64,000 nt of DNA, taken from NCBI GenBank assembly GCA_965206595.1, contig OZ242214.1, positions 5,856,001 through 5,920,000 on the forward strand, read 5' to 3'. Both the position numbers and the translations under genes were made by a program. The notes beneath the pieces were generated by a model. That model saw only the letters and a list, made by a program, of their open reading frames with translations, was not told where the DNA came from and searched no databases. Positions 1-10,300 of the stretch are shown in pieces (the first letter of the stretch is position 1; the number at the start of each line of letters is the position of its first letter). The stretch is from Candidatus Latescibacterota bacterium. GTDB taxonomy: Bacteria > Latescibacterota > UBA2968 > UBA8231.

Positions 1-2141
1 CGACGAGAGCAAGCTCGGCGCCGGCAAGGAGATGCAGGACCGGCTTTCCAAGCTGGTCGCCATATTCGAGGGGCTCGATTTCCGCGCCAACCGCGCCGAG
101 GGGGACGACCTGCTCGGCGACGCCTACGAGTACCTGATGCGGCACTTCGCCACCGAGTCGGGCAAGAGCAAGGGGCAGTTCTACACCCCGGCCGAGGTCT
201 CCCGCATCATGGCCAAGGTGGTCGGGGTCGGCCCGGATACCCGGCAGGACCAGACCATTTACGACCCGACCAGCGGCTCAGGCTCGCTCCTGCTCAAGGC
301 CGCGGACGAGGCGCCGCGGGGGCATCACCGTGTACGGCCAGGAGATGGACAACGCAACCTGGGCCCTGGCCATGATGAACATGATCCTGCACGGCCATGA
401 AACCGCCGAACTCTGGCGCGGCAACACCCTGGCTTCCCCGTACTTCAAAAACCCGAACGGTAGCCTCAAGACCTTCGACTTCGCCGTCGCCAAGCCGCCC
501 TTTTCGGCCAAGGCCTGGTCCAGCGGCCTCGATCCGGTCAACGACGAGTTCAGGCGTTTCGAGTACGGGATTCCCCCGGCGAAGAACGGGGACTACGCCT
601 TCCTTTTGCATTTGATCACTTCGCTCAACAGCAGGGGCAAAGGCGCGATCATCCTGCCGCACGGCGTGCTGTTCCGCGGCAACAAGGAGGCAGCCATCCG
701 CAGGAATCTCATCCTCCGGGGCCTCATCAAGGGGATCATCGGCCTGCCCGCCAACCTCTTCTACGGCACCGGCATCCCCGCCTGCATCCTGATCCTCGAC
801 AAGGAGAACGCCCACGCCCGCAGCGGCATCTTCATGATCGACGCGAGCAAGGGCTTCCTCAAGGACGGAAACAAGAACCGCCTGCGCGCGCAGGACATTC
901 ACCTCATCGTCGACGTGTTCAACCGGCAGACCGAAGTGCCGCGTTATTCCCGCATGGTGCCGGTGGCCGAGATCGCCGATCCGGCCAACGACTACAACCT
1001 CAACATTCCGCGCTACATCGATTCCAGCGAGCCGGAAGACCTCCAAGACCTCGAGGCGCATCTGCAGGGCGGCATACCCGACCTCGACCTCGACGCGCTC
1101 GATACCTACTGGAACGTCTTCCCCTCGCTGCGCCAGGCGTTGTTTGCCGGCAACGGCAGGGCGGGCTACAGCGAGGCGCGGGTCGAGACACCGCAACAGA
1201 AGGCGGCCATCCTCGGTAACCGGGAGTTCAAGTCGTACGAGGCGCGGGTCGCTGGTATCTTTGAGGCATGGCGTGAGGCGCACGAGCCGGTTCTCAAGGG
1301 ACTGGAGGCGGGGGCCAATCCCAAGGAGGTCGTCGGCGGTTTGTCGGAAGACTTGCTGGCGAGATTTGCCGACTTGCCGCTTCTCGACTCCTACGACGTG
1401 TACCAACGGCTGATGGACTATTGGGAAGAGGTAATGCAGGACGACGTATATCTCATTGCCGCTGACGGCTGGACCGAGGCCGCCAGGCCGCGCGGCATCA
1501 TCGAGGACAGGGAAAGGAAGATCAAGGAGACGGCGGATCTGACCATCAAACGCAGGAAGTACAAGATGGACCTGATCCCCCCGGAGCTGATCGTCGCGCG
1601 CTACTTCGCCGATAAACAGGCCGCCATCGATGCGCTACAGGCAAGACAGGAAGCTGCCGCCCGCGAGCTGGAGGAGTTCGTTGAAGAGCACACTGGCGAC
1701 GGCTTGCTGGAGGATGCGGTCAACGACAAGGGCAAGGTCACCAAGGGCGGCGTGACAGAGCGGCTCAAGGCTATCCGATACGAGCTGGAGAGCGACGAGG
1801 AACGCGATGCCCTCAAGCACTGTCGGACCTTGATTGAGGCTGACGCCGAGGCGGGCAAGGCTGTCAAAGAGGCCCAAGCCCGTTTGGATGAGCAGGTGCT
1901 GGCCCGCTATGGCGTGCTCACTGAAGTAGAGATCAAGACGCTGGCGGTCGAGGACAAGTGGTTTGCGAGCATCCGGGGCGCAATCGAGGGTGAGGTGCAG
2001 CGGCTGACCCAGCAGCTCGCCGGGCGCGTGAAGGAACTGGAAGAGCGCTACGCCCGTCCGCTGCCGGAGTTGGAGCGGGAGGTGGAGGTGTTCGGCGCGA
2101 GGGTCGAGGGGCACTTGAAGCGGATGGGGATTTCGTCGTGA
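1..2141 (+). pseudogene. hsdM: Type I RM methyltransferase subunit HsdM (5' end outside window; +1 frameshift near 320)
   Basis: ORF 32..400 has GDAYEYL, GQFYTP and motif I DPTSGSGSLL. It continues in ORF 330..2141 (YGQE, LPHGVLFRG, YNLNIPRYID) if one G is removed from the G5 run at 318-322. Motif IV reads KPPF instead of NPPF. Confidence 0.92.
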
Positions 2142-2142
2142 G
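2092..2142 (+). repeat. 3' end of hsdM1; direct repeat partner of 3974-4024
   Basis: Ungapped manual alignment, 42/51 nt identical. Confidence 0.9.
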
Positions 2143-2244
2143 GGAGAGATTCGTCCCGTTGAGTTCCGTACCTTTAGAAGAAGTGTGGTATGATGACCGG
2201 TCGTTGGCTGGCAACCTGAAGTCGTTCACTTTGGAGGAACAGTA

Positions 2245-2469
2245 ATGGTAGAGCAAATAACCGTGTCAGTTGATTCCGATGTAGCCAAACTCTACCGTTC
2301 GGCTTCTGATAATGAGCGTCGCAAACTGGATTTGCTTGTCAATTTGTGTTTGCGTGATGCGACAGAATCCGGGAAATCACTTAGGGACACGATGCTGGAA
2401 ATCAGCCGCAACGCGCAACGGCGCGGTCTGACTCCGGAGATTTTGCAGTCCATCCTGGCCGACGAATGA
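2245..2469 (+). CDS. Small putative antitoxin (74 aa) upstream of PIN remnant
   Basis: GGAGG RBS; stop overlaps the ATG of a PIN-like remnant (ATGA); size and position typical of type II antitoxins. Confidence 0.6.
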   Translation: MVEQITVSVDSDVAKLYRSASDNERRKLDLLVNLCLRDATESGKSLRDTMLEISRNAQRRGLTPEILQSILADE

Positions 2470-2638
2470 CCTGCTTCGTCTTCGATACAAACGTCATCAT
2501 CAGTGCTTTACTCTTCAACGATTCCGTACCAGGGCGGGCGTTCCTCCAGGCTTTGAATCATGGAATGATTCTGGTTTCCGGGGCATTGTTGGCGTAGAGA
2601 TTATAACGCCTGCCGAGTTCCTGAAATTGACCGCTTGA
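2466..2638 (+). pseudogene. Internally deleted PIN-domain toxin
   Basis: Reads MTCFVFDTNVIISALLF (PIN N-terminal DTN motif) and stops at 2597. The typical PIN C-terminus GVEIITPAEFL follows at once in another frame (2591-2638). Confidence 0.8.
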
Positions 2639-2644
2639 CCCGCG

Positions 2645-2725
2645 CAAGGTGCCATTGCCGAGGCGTTATCGGATGTGGATGGATTGCTCTCGGCGTTGGA
2701 GGAGCTGATCGCCAAGAAGCGGGCC
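2645..2725 (+). pseudogene. Orphan fragment of the HsdS conserved helical region
   Basis: Translates QGAIAEALSDVDGLLSALEELIAKKRA versus QRAIAETLSDIDGLLKALEVLIAKKGA in hsdS1. Confidence 0.85.
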
Positions 2726-2746
2726 TGTAGATTGCGGAGCGGTGCG

Positions 2747-4000
2747 ATGAAACGCCCGGAGCTTCTCGAACTGATAGCCGGCGGCTTGAACTCCGGAGTG
2801 GAGTTCAAGCGGGATGATTTGCGCCCGGAGCAACTGGCGCGGGAGGTGGTGGCGCTCGCCAACTTTCAGGGGGGGCGCGTCCTGCTCGGAGTGGAAGACG
2901 ACGGCACCGTCACCGGCATCCGGAGAGACGATCTTGAACAGTGGGTGATGGATTCCGTGTTCGGGCGCGTGGTGCATCCGATGATATTGCCGTTCTACGA
3001 GGAGGTTCCGATAGACGATGCACGCCGCGTCGCGGTGGTCACCGTTACGCAAGGTGCCACCAAACCGTACGTCGTCCGGTATCGCGGCAGGGAAGACATC
3101 TACATACGGATCGGCAGCACCTCGCGGTTGGCCTCGCGCGAGCAGCAGGCGCGGTTTTTCGCTGCCGGCGGGTTGATTCACACGGAGCTGTTGCCCGTTT
3201 CCGGCAGCGGCCTGTGCGACTTGAGCCGGGAACGGCTGGCGGACTACCTCACCGCAATCGTCGGCGGCCGGGAAGTTCCGGAGACCGAGGAGGCATGGAA
3301 TGAGCGGCTTTGCGCCTTGGGGTTCATGGTTGAGCGGGAGGACGGCCCGCCCGCCTGTACGATAGCCGGGTTGATCCTGTTCGGCTATCGGCCGCGACGC
3401 CTGTTGCGCCATGCCGGCATCCGCTGGATGTGCTTTGAGGGCCGGGAAAAGACCTACGATGCCCTTGACGATCAGGTGATTGAAGGGCCGCTTGTCGATC
3501 TTTGGCAGGTGCTGTCGGGGGGTCGTGAACTGGTGGAAAAGGGGCTGATCGAACGCCTCGCCGATGCGATGCGGCCGTTTGTTTCCGAGGAGGCCGGCCA
3601 GGTAGAGGAGTCCATGCGTCGGGAACGACGCTGGCACTATCCGCTGGAAGCCCTGCGCGAGGGTGTTGTCAACGCGCTGACCCATCGGGACTGGGCGCGG
3701 TACGAGGAGATTGAGGTGGTCCGGTATGCGGACCGGATAGAGATACTCAGCCCCGGTGCGCTGCAAAACGGCATGACGGTGGAAAAGATGATCGCTGGCC
3801 AACGGGTTCCGCGGAATTTGATCATCTCCGAGACGCTGCGGGATTACAGCTATACCGATGCACGAGGCATGGGGGTGCGGAACAAGATCATTCCGTTGAT
3901 GCGGGCGCATAACGGCGTTGACCCGGAGTTTGAGGCAACGGAGGATTTCTTGGGGTTGACGTTGCGCCGAGGCTCGGGGCGAAGGTCGGGGGGCACATGA
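2747..4000 (+). CDS. AlbA_2 (Schlafen-like) plus HATPase_c_4 (RecG C-terminal-like) protein
   Basis: VEFKRDD...VALANFQGGRVLLGVEDDG; EALREGVVNALTHRDW; EILSPG; RN; GMGV. ATG 2747 follows GGAG. Confidence 0.85.
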   Translation: MKRPELLELIAGGLNSGVEFKRDDLRPEQLAREVVALANFQGGRVLLGVEDDGTVTGIRRDDLEQWVMDSVFGRVVHPMILPFYEEVPIDDARRVAVVTVTQGATKPYVVRYRGREDIYIRIGSTSRLASREQQARFFAAGGLIHTELLPVSGSGLCDLSRERLADYLTAIVGGREVPETEEAWNERLCALGFMVEREDGPPACTIAGLILFGYRPRRLLRHAGIRWMCFEGREKTYDALDDQVIEGPLVDLWQVLSGGRELVEKGLIERLADAMRPFVSEEAGQVEESMRRERRWHYPLEALREGVVNALTHRDWARYEEIEVVRYADRIEILSPGALQNGMTVEKMIAGQRVPRNLIISETLRDYSYTDARGMGVRNKIIPLMRAHNGVDPEFEATEDFLGLTLRRGSGRRSGGT

Positions 4001-4024
4001 ACTGGATGGGGATTTCGCTATGAG
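3974..4024 (+). repeat. Orphan copy of hsdM1 3' end, with its stop overlapping the hsdS start
   Basis: Reads GAKVGGHMNWMGISL* versus GARVEGHLKRMGISS*; ATGA overlap at 4020-4023. Confidence 0.9.
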
Positions 4025-5429
4025 TCAAACATTCGATTTCGAGAGTTGCCCTGCTCCTCTGGAGGCGGAGAAATCCGAGGCAGTGTCTCGGATTCCTGGC
4101 AGCCCCGAGATTCAAAAAATTGGCAATGCCCTTGGAGCCGGACACCGTGCGCTATCGGAAAAGGTGCCAGCGGGTTACAAGCGGACTGAGGTGGGGGTGA
4201 TTCCAGAAGATTGGGAATGTCTCAGATTCGGAGACGCTGTCAATCTATTGACTGGCTTTCCGTTTCCAAGTTCAGGTTACGTGAACAGCGGTGTCCTTCT
4301 AGTTCGGGGTTCCAACGTTAAGCGCGGCACAATGGATTGGGGAGAGGAAATCACGCAGTGCTGGCCTGCAATAACTTCGGAGATCGAACGGTATGAGTTA
4401 TGCAAAGGCGATCTTGTTATTGCCATGGATGGAGCGTTGGTGGGGAGAAGTTATGCTGTCGTGTCTGACGCGGATCTTCCGAGTTTGCTGCTACAGCGTG
4501 TCGCGCGAATTCGATCTTTCCAGCTACACCAAGACCTACTGGCGTTCTTGGTGGCAAGTGATTCCTTTGTGAGTCACGTCGATTCAGTCAAGACGAACAC
4601 AGCTATACCTCACATTAGTCCCGAGGACATTCGGAGCTTTCCTATTGCTGTTCCTACCAATACTGAGGAGCAACGCGCTATCGCCGAGACATTGTCGGAT
4701 ATAGATGGTTTGCTCAAGGCGTTGGAGGTGCTAATCGCCAAGAAGGGGGCCATCAAGCAGGCCACCATGCAGCAACTCCTCACCGGCAAGACTCGTCTAC
4801 CGGGGTTCAACGGAAAGTGGGTGAGGAAGCGGTTGGGGGAGTTGGGTGCCTTCTCAAAAGGCCGTGGGATCAAGCGAGAGGATGTCTCTGACACGGGCTT
4901 CCCGTGTATCCGGTACGGAGAGCTTTACACACGATACAAGGACTATTTCCTGAACCCTGTGTCCCGTATTCCTCCGGCTGTCGCCCTGCAGGCAGTCCCG
5001 ATCAAGAAAGGCGACCTCCTGTTTGCGGGATCCGGTGAGACAGCAGAGGAGATCGGTATATGTGCGGCGTATCTTGGTGAAGGACCAGCCTATGCGGGTG
5101 GAGATCTCATCGCATTGACCCCGTCAGGGCAAAATTCGATTTACCTTGGCCACCTGATGAACCATCCAACAGTGGCGACACAAAAGGCTCGTATGGGTCA
5201 GGGAGACGCGGTCGTTCACATCAGTGCCAGAAACTTGGCTCAGGTGAGAATCGAGCTCCCTCCTCTTACAGAACAGACCGCCATTGCCGCTGTCCTCTCC
5301 GACATGGACGCCGAGATCGCCGCGCTGGAACGACGCCGGGCCAAGACCCGCACCGTCAAGCAGGGCATGATGCAGCAGCTTCTCACTGGCCAGGTGCGGC
5401 TGGTCGGATCGGAGCAGTCATGGCGGTAA
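4020..5429 (+). CDS. hsdS: Type I RM specificity subunit HsdS
   Basis: GYKRTEVGVIPEDW, two TRDs, and two EQ.AIA..LSD.D...QQLLTG..RL conserved regions. Confidence 0.95.
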   Translation: MSQTFDFESCPAPLEAEKSEAVSRIPGSPEIQKIGNALGAGHRALSEKVPAGYKRTEVGVIPEDWECLRFGDAVNLLTGFPFPSSGYVNSGVLLVRGSNVKRGTMDWGEEITQCWPAITSEIERYELCKGDLVIAMDGALVGRSYAVVSDADLPSLLLQRVARIRSFQLHQDLLAFLVASDSFVSHVDSVKTNTAIPHISPEDIRSFPIAVPTNTEEQRAIAETLSDIDGLLKALEVLIAKKGAIKQATMQQLLTGKTRLPGFNGKWVRKRLGELGAFSKGRGIKREDVSDTGFPCIRYGELYTRYKDYFLNPVSRIPPAVALQAVPIKKGDLLFAGSGETAEEIGICAAYLGEGPAYAGGDLIALTPSGQNSIYLGHLMNHPTVATQKARMGQGDAVVHISARNLAQVRIELPPLTEQTAIAAVLSDMDAEIAALERRRAKTRTVKQGMMQQLLTGQVRLVGSEQSWR

Positions 5430-5891
5430 CGTACTTAGATCAGGAGATCGAGTCGTTGGTACAGGAGCGCAAGCCTGCGCCTGCCGATTGGCGCAATCGG
5501 ATTCGTCTAAAACCCAAGCGGGGGCACGATGAGGAGCAACTGGATCTGACCGGTGATGCAGGTAACGAGTTCCGCTTGATCTTCAGGCAGAACAAGATCA
5601 ATCCGCTCGACTTCTCGGGCATCCTAGCTGTTCGAGTTCCGGGATCGAGCCAGATATTTCGCCTCCGGCAAGAGCCACGAACACACCAACCATATCGAAG
5701 ACGTCACATTTTATGATTTTCACATTCACTATGCGACGGAGCGGTATCAGGAACTCGGAACACGGGAGGACGCCTACGCCGAGCCGACTGATCGTTATGG
5801 CGATTTTCATGGTGCCCTTCGCTGTCTAATTTACGACGCGAGTCTCGAAATTCCGCCTGAACTGCAGAGCAAACTTTCCGAGGAGTGGTAA
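5420..5891 (+). pseudogene. Frameshifted small His-motif protein (DUF6978-like?) paired with the downstream gene
   Basis: ORF 5420 reads to IFRLR (about 5665). Another frame then continues GKSHEHTNHIE...FHIHYATERYQ...SEEW* to 5891, ending 3 nt before the next ATG. Family name is from recall. Confidence 0.65.
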
Positions 5892-5894
5892 GCC

Positions 5895-6671
5895 ATGTCC
5901 ATCGAGACCATAGAGCGAGACTTTCATGAGAAGGTTTCGGCGAAGGTTCGGCTGGCCGCGGAGGGTATCGAGCGTTTTCGCGTGCTCACCCCCTTCCTGT
6001 TTGAAGATGGCGATCACTTGGCCATCGTCCTGAAGAGGGAGGGAGCGCGATGGATGCTGTCCGATGAGGCGCACACGTACATGCACCTGACCTATGACAT
6101 TGATGAGAGGGATCTTCACGGCGGCACGCGCCAGAAGATCATCTCGAACGCATTGTCTACGTTTCAGATCGAGGACCGGGATGGCGAATTGGTCCTCGAT
6201 GTTCCGGATGAGCGTTACGGAGACGCCCTTTATTCCTTCATACAGGGGCTTCTCAAAATTTCCGACGTATCATACCTGTCGCGGGAACGGGTTCGGTCCA
6301 CGTTCATCGAGGATTTTCAGACGCTCCTGAGTGACGCTGTCACGGAAGAGCGAAGAAATTTCGACTGGAGCGACCCCGAACATGACCCCCACGAGATGTA
6401 CACAGTGGACTGCCGAATCAACGGCATGCACCGGCCACTTTTCGTTCACGCCCTTGCGAGTGACGGCAGGACCCGAGATGCCACAATTGCGTTGCTACAG
6501 TTCGAGAAGTGGGGGATTGGGTTCCGTTCCCTGGCCATTTTCGAGGATCAGGAGTCGATCAATCGCAAGGTATTGGCTCGCTTCAGCGACGTCTGCGAGA
6601 AGCAGTTCTCCAGCCTCACTGCGAACCGGGAAAGGATCACACGCTTTCTGCATGAAAGAATCCCAGGATGA
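5895..6671 (+). CDS. DUF1828-like domain protein
   Basis: [11 protein letters not shown]...LSDE.HT N-terminal pattern; 258 aa; AGGAG RBS. Confidence 0.7.
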   Translation: MSIETIERDFHEKVSAKVRLAAEGIERFRVLTPFLFEDGDHLAIVLKREGARWMLSDEAHTYMHLTYDIDERDLHGGTRQKIISNALSTFQIEDRDGELVLDVPDERYGDALYSFIQGLLKISDVSYLSRERVRSTFIEDFQTLLSDAVTEERRNFDWSDPEHDPHEMYTVDCRINGMHRPLFVHALASDGRTRDATIALLQFEKWGIGFRSLAIFEDQESINRKVLARFSDVCEKQFSSLTANRERITRFLHERIPG

Positions 6672-6672
6672 G

Positions 6673-7395
6673 ATGACAGAAACTCACGAAGCTTTGAGCG
6701 TGACGACGAATATCCACCGCGACTACGTCACCCCCACCACGATTCAGATTCGCGTGTACGACGACCGGATCGCGATCTGGAATGCGGTGCAGTTGCCGCC
6801 TGAATGGGCCGCCGATCCACTTGCCGGGGAACTTTCGTCGAAGCCGTACAACCCGCGAATCGCCTACGCCTTCTTCCGAGCCGGAATGATCGAAGCCTGG
6901 GGACGGGGCATCCGGCGGATCGTGGACATGTGCCGGGAGGCTGGCAACCCCAAGCCAAAATGGGAGTTGGAACCGGGCGGCGACGGTCTGTGGTTGAGGT
7001 TCCCGTTCTCTGCCGCGTACCGGGCAGCCGATTCCGCTGCCAGCAGCGACACTACCCCGAAAACTACCCGGAAAGTCGGGGTCTCTGGGGTTGAAACCGG
7101 GGACCAGTCAGAGTCGCAGCCAGAGTCACGGCCAGAGTCGCAGCCAGAGTCGCTGGCGCTGAGAGTGCTCAAGCAACTGGCGGATGGGCCGATGTCGAAG
7201 ACGGAGCTGTCCAGCAGTCTGGGACAGAAGAAGATCTCCGGTCAGCTCAACAAAGTGATCCGGCTGCTTGTTAATGACGGGAGAGTCGCATACACAATTC
7301 CCGACAAGCCCCGAAGCCGGCTCCAGCAGTATCGGCTGACGGACAAGGGGCGGGCTTCCGTTGAGAGGCTTCTGACCGGGAATGCCGGGTCATGA
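6673..7395 (+). pseudogene. N-terminally truncated HATPase_c_4 plus Fic-like C-terminal wHTH protein
   Basis: Starts abruptly at IHRDY...IQIRVYDDRIAIWN; NP.IA..F...G.IEAWGRGI; ends YTIPDKPRSRLQQYRLT. No AlbA domain. Confidence 0.75.
7109..7152 (+). repeat. In-frame 12-bp tandem repeat (CAGAGTCRCRGC, about 3.7 copies)
   Basis: Encodes ESQPESRPESQPES. Confidence 0.85.
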
Positions 7396-10300
7396 GTACC
7401 GTCGGCCAGCGGGAGGTCCTCACCCAACAGCGGGTGATCGAGTTCTTCCGGGACTCCCTTCGCTACAGGTACTTCGGCCGCTGGCAGGACCGGGATATCA
7501 ACCGCAACGTCGAGAAAACCCACCTCACCCGCTGGCTGAAACGCCAGGGTCACGGCGACAAGATCATCGAAAAGGCGCTGTACGAGCTGGACAAGGCCGC
7601 GGCCCTCGGCGGCAGCAAGACGCTCTACGAGGCCAACCGCGAGGTCTACGGCCTGCTGCGCTACGGCGTGAAGGTGCAGCCCGGCATCGGCGAGCAGTTC
7701 GTCACGGTGTCGCTGATCGACTGGGCGAATCCCCGGAACAACGACTTCGGCATTGCCCAGGAGGTGACCGTCTTCGGGGAGAACAACCGCCGGCCCGACC
7801 TCGTGCTCTACGTCAACGGCATCGCTTTGGGAGTGCTGGAGCTGAAGCGCTCCACGGTATCGGTTGCCGAGGGGATCCGCCAGAACCTCGACAGCCAGAA
7901 GAAGGAGTTCATCCAGCCCTTCTTCGCCACGGTGCAGTTCCTGATGGCGGGCAACGACACCGAGGGGTTGCGCTACGCCGTCATCGAGACCCCGGAGAAG
8001 CACTGGCTGCGCTGGAAGGAAGCCGAGGCCGACCCGGACGCCGGGGACAGCCCGCTGCTCCGGGAGCTGGGCCAGCTCTGCAAGAAGGAGCGGCTGCTCG
8101 AAATCGTCCACGATTTCCTGGTCTTCGACGCCGGCGACAAGAAGATCTGCCGCCACAACCAGTATTTCGGCGTGAAGGCGGCGCAGGAGCGCGTGAGGCG
8201 CCGCGAGGGCGGCATCATCTGGCACACCCAGGGGAGCGGCAAGAGCCTGACCATGGTCTGGCTTGCCAAATGGATTCGCGAGCATGTCACCGACCCCCGG
8301 GTCCTCCTCATCACCGACCGCACCGAGCTGGACGAGCAGATCGAGGGGGTTTTCAGGGGGGTCAGCGAGGACATCCACCGCACAAGCAGCGGTGCCGATC
8401 TGGTGCGCGTGCTCAACAGCCCGGACGAGTGGCTGATCGGCTCGCTGATCCACAAGTTCGGCGCATCCGAGGAGATCAGCGAAAAGGAAATCGAGACCTA
8501 CGTCGACGAGATCAGGAAGAGTCTGCCCAGGGGTTTCCACCCCAAGGGCGAGATTTTCGTCTTCGTGGACGAGTGCCACCGCACCCAGTCCGGCAAGCTC
8601 CACGAGGCCATGAAGGCGCTGCTGCCGGGGGCCATGCTGATCGGCTTCACCGGGACGCCACTGCTCAAGGAGGACAAGAAGCGGAGCATCGAGACCTTCG
8701 GGACCTACATCCACACCTACAAGTACGACGAGGCGGTGAGCGACGGCGTGGTGCTGGACCTGCGCTACGAGGCGCGCGACATCGACCAGAGCATCGCCTC
8801 GCAGGACAGGATCGATCAGTGGTTCGACCTCAAGACCCGCGGGCTGACCGACGTGGCCAAGGCTCAGCTCAAGCAGCGTTGGGGCACGATGCGAAGAGCC
8901 CTGAGTTCGCGTGAACGGCTGGAGAAGATCGTCGCCGACATCCTGATCGACATGGAGACGCGCGATCGTCTCGAGAGCGGCCGCGGCAACGCTTTGCTCG
9001 TATCCGACAGCATCTACTCGGCCTGCCGTTTCTTCGAGAGGTTTCAGGAGCACGGTCTGGCCGGCAAATGCGCCATCGTCACCTCGTACAGGCCGGCAAC
9101 GGGGGACATCAAGGGGGAGGAGACCGGCGAGGGGCTCACCGAAAAGCTGCGGCAGTACGAAGCCTACCGGAAGATGCTCGCGGCGCACTTCAACGAGCCG
9201 GAAGAAAAGGCGATGCGCAAGGTCGAGACCTTCGAAAAGGAGGTGAAGAGGCGCTTCATCGACGAGCCGGGGCAGATGAAGCTCCTGATCGTCGTCGACA
9301 AGCTGCTGACCGGTTTCGATGCTCCTTCGGCGACCTATCTCTACATCGACAAGAATATGCAGGACCACGGCCTGTTCCAGGCGATCTGCCGGGTCAACCG
9401 CCTCGACGGGGAAGACAAGGAATACGGCTACATCATCGACTACAAGGACCTGTTCCGGTCGCTCGAGAAGTCAATCGAGGATTACACCGGGGAGGCATTC
9501 GAAGGCTATGACAAGGAAGACGTGGAGGGCCTGCTGAAGGACCGGCTGAAGCAGGGCCGGGAACGGCTGGAGGAGGCGCGCGAGGCAGTCAAGGCGTTGT
9601 GCGAGCCGGTCGAGCCCCCGCGAGACACTGCGGCCTATCTCCGCTTCTTTTGCGCAGCAGAGAGCGGCAACACCGAGCAACTCAAGGAGAACGAACCCAA
9701 GCGGGTGGCGTTGTACAAGCTGGCCGCGGCCTTCCTGCGCGCCTATGCCAACCTGGCCAACGAGATGTGCGAGGCCGGCTACTCTGACGCCGAGGCGCGG
9801 GAGATCAAGGCCGAGGTGGACCACTACGAGAAGGTGCGCCAGGAGGTCAAGCTGGCCAGCGGCGACTACATCGACCTCAAGCTGTACGAGCCGGCCATGC
9901 GGCACCTGCTCGACACCTACATCCGGGCGGAGGAGAGCGAGAAGGTCTCCGCTTTCGACGACCTGACGCTGGTGCAGCTGATCGTCGAGCGTGGAGAAAA
10001 GGCGGTGGACGAGCTGCCCGAGGGTATCCGCAGGAACCCCGAGGCGGTGGCCGAGACGATCGAGAACAACGTCAGGCGGCTGATCATCGACGAGATGGAG
10101 GTCAACCCCAGGTACTACGAGAAGATGTCGGAACTGCTCGACGACCTGATCCTGCAGCGCCGGCAGGAGGCGATGGACTACAAGGCCTACCTGAAGAGGA
10201 TCATCGAGCTGACCAGGAATGTCAGAAGGCCGGAGGCTGAGCCGTCCTATCCTGCGACCATCAACACCGCCGCCCTGAGGTCGCTCTTCGACAACCTGGA

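Noticed and set aside
2645-5429. Invertible hsdS shufflon
   Set aside because: The extra hsdS piece is in direct orientation and lacks a TRD; no recombinase is present.
6331-6672. N-terminal extension of ORF 6331..7395
   Set aside because: Overlaps the 5895..6671 gene in another frame; recognisable sequence begins only after 6673.
7242-9368. Long antisense ORFs (also 28598..31036, 45354..47906, 56076..59075, 59301..61853)
   Set aside because: Shadow frames of high-GC genes that carry clear motifs on the opposite strand; no independent motifs.
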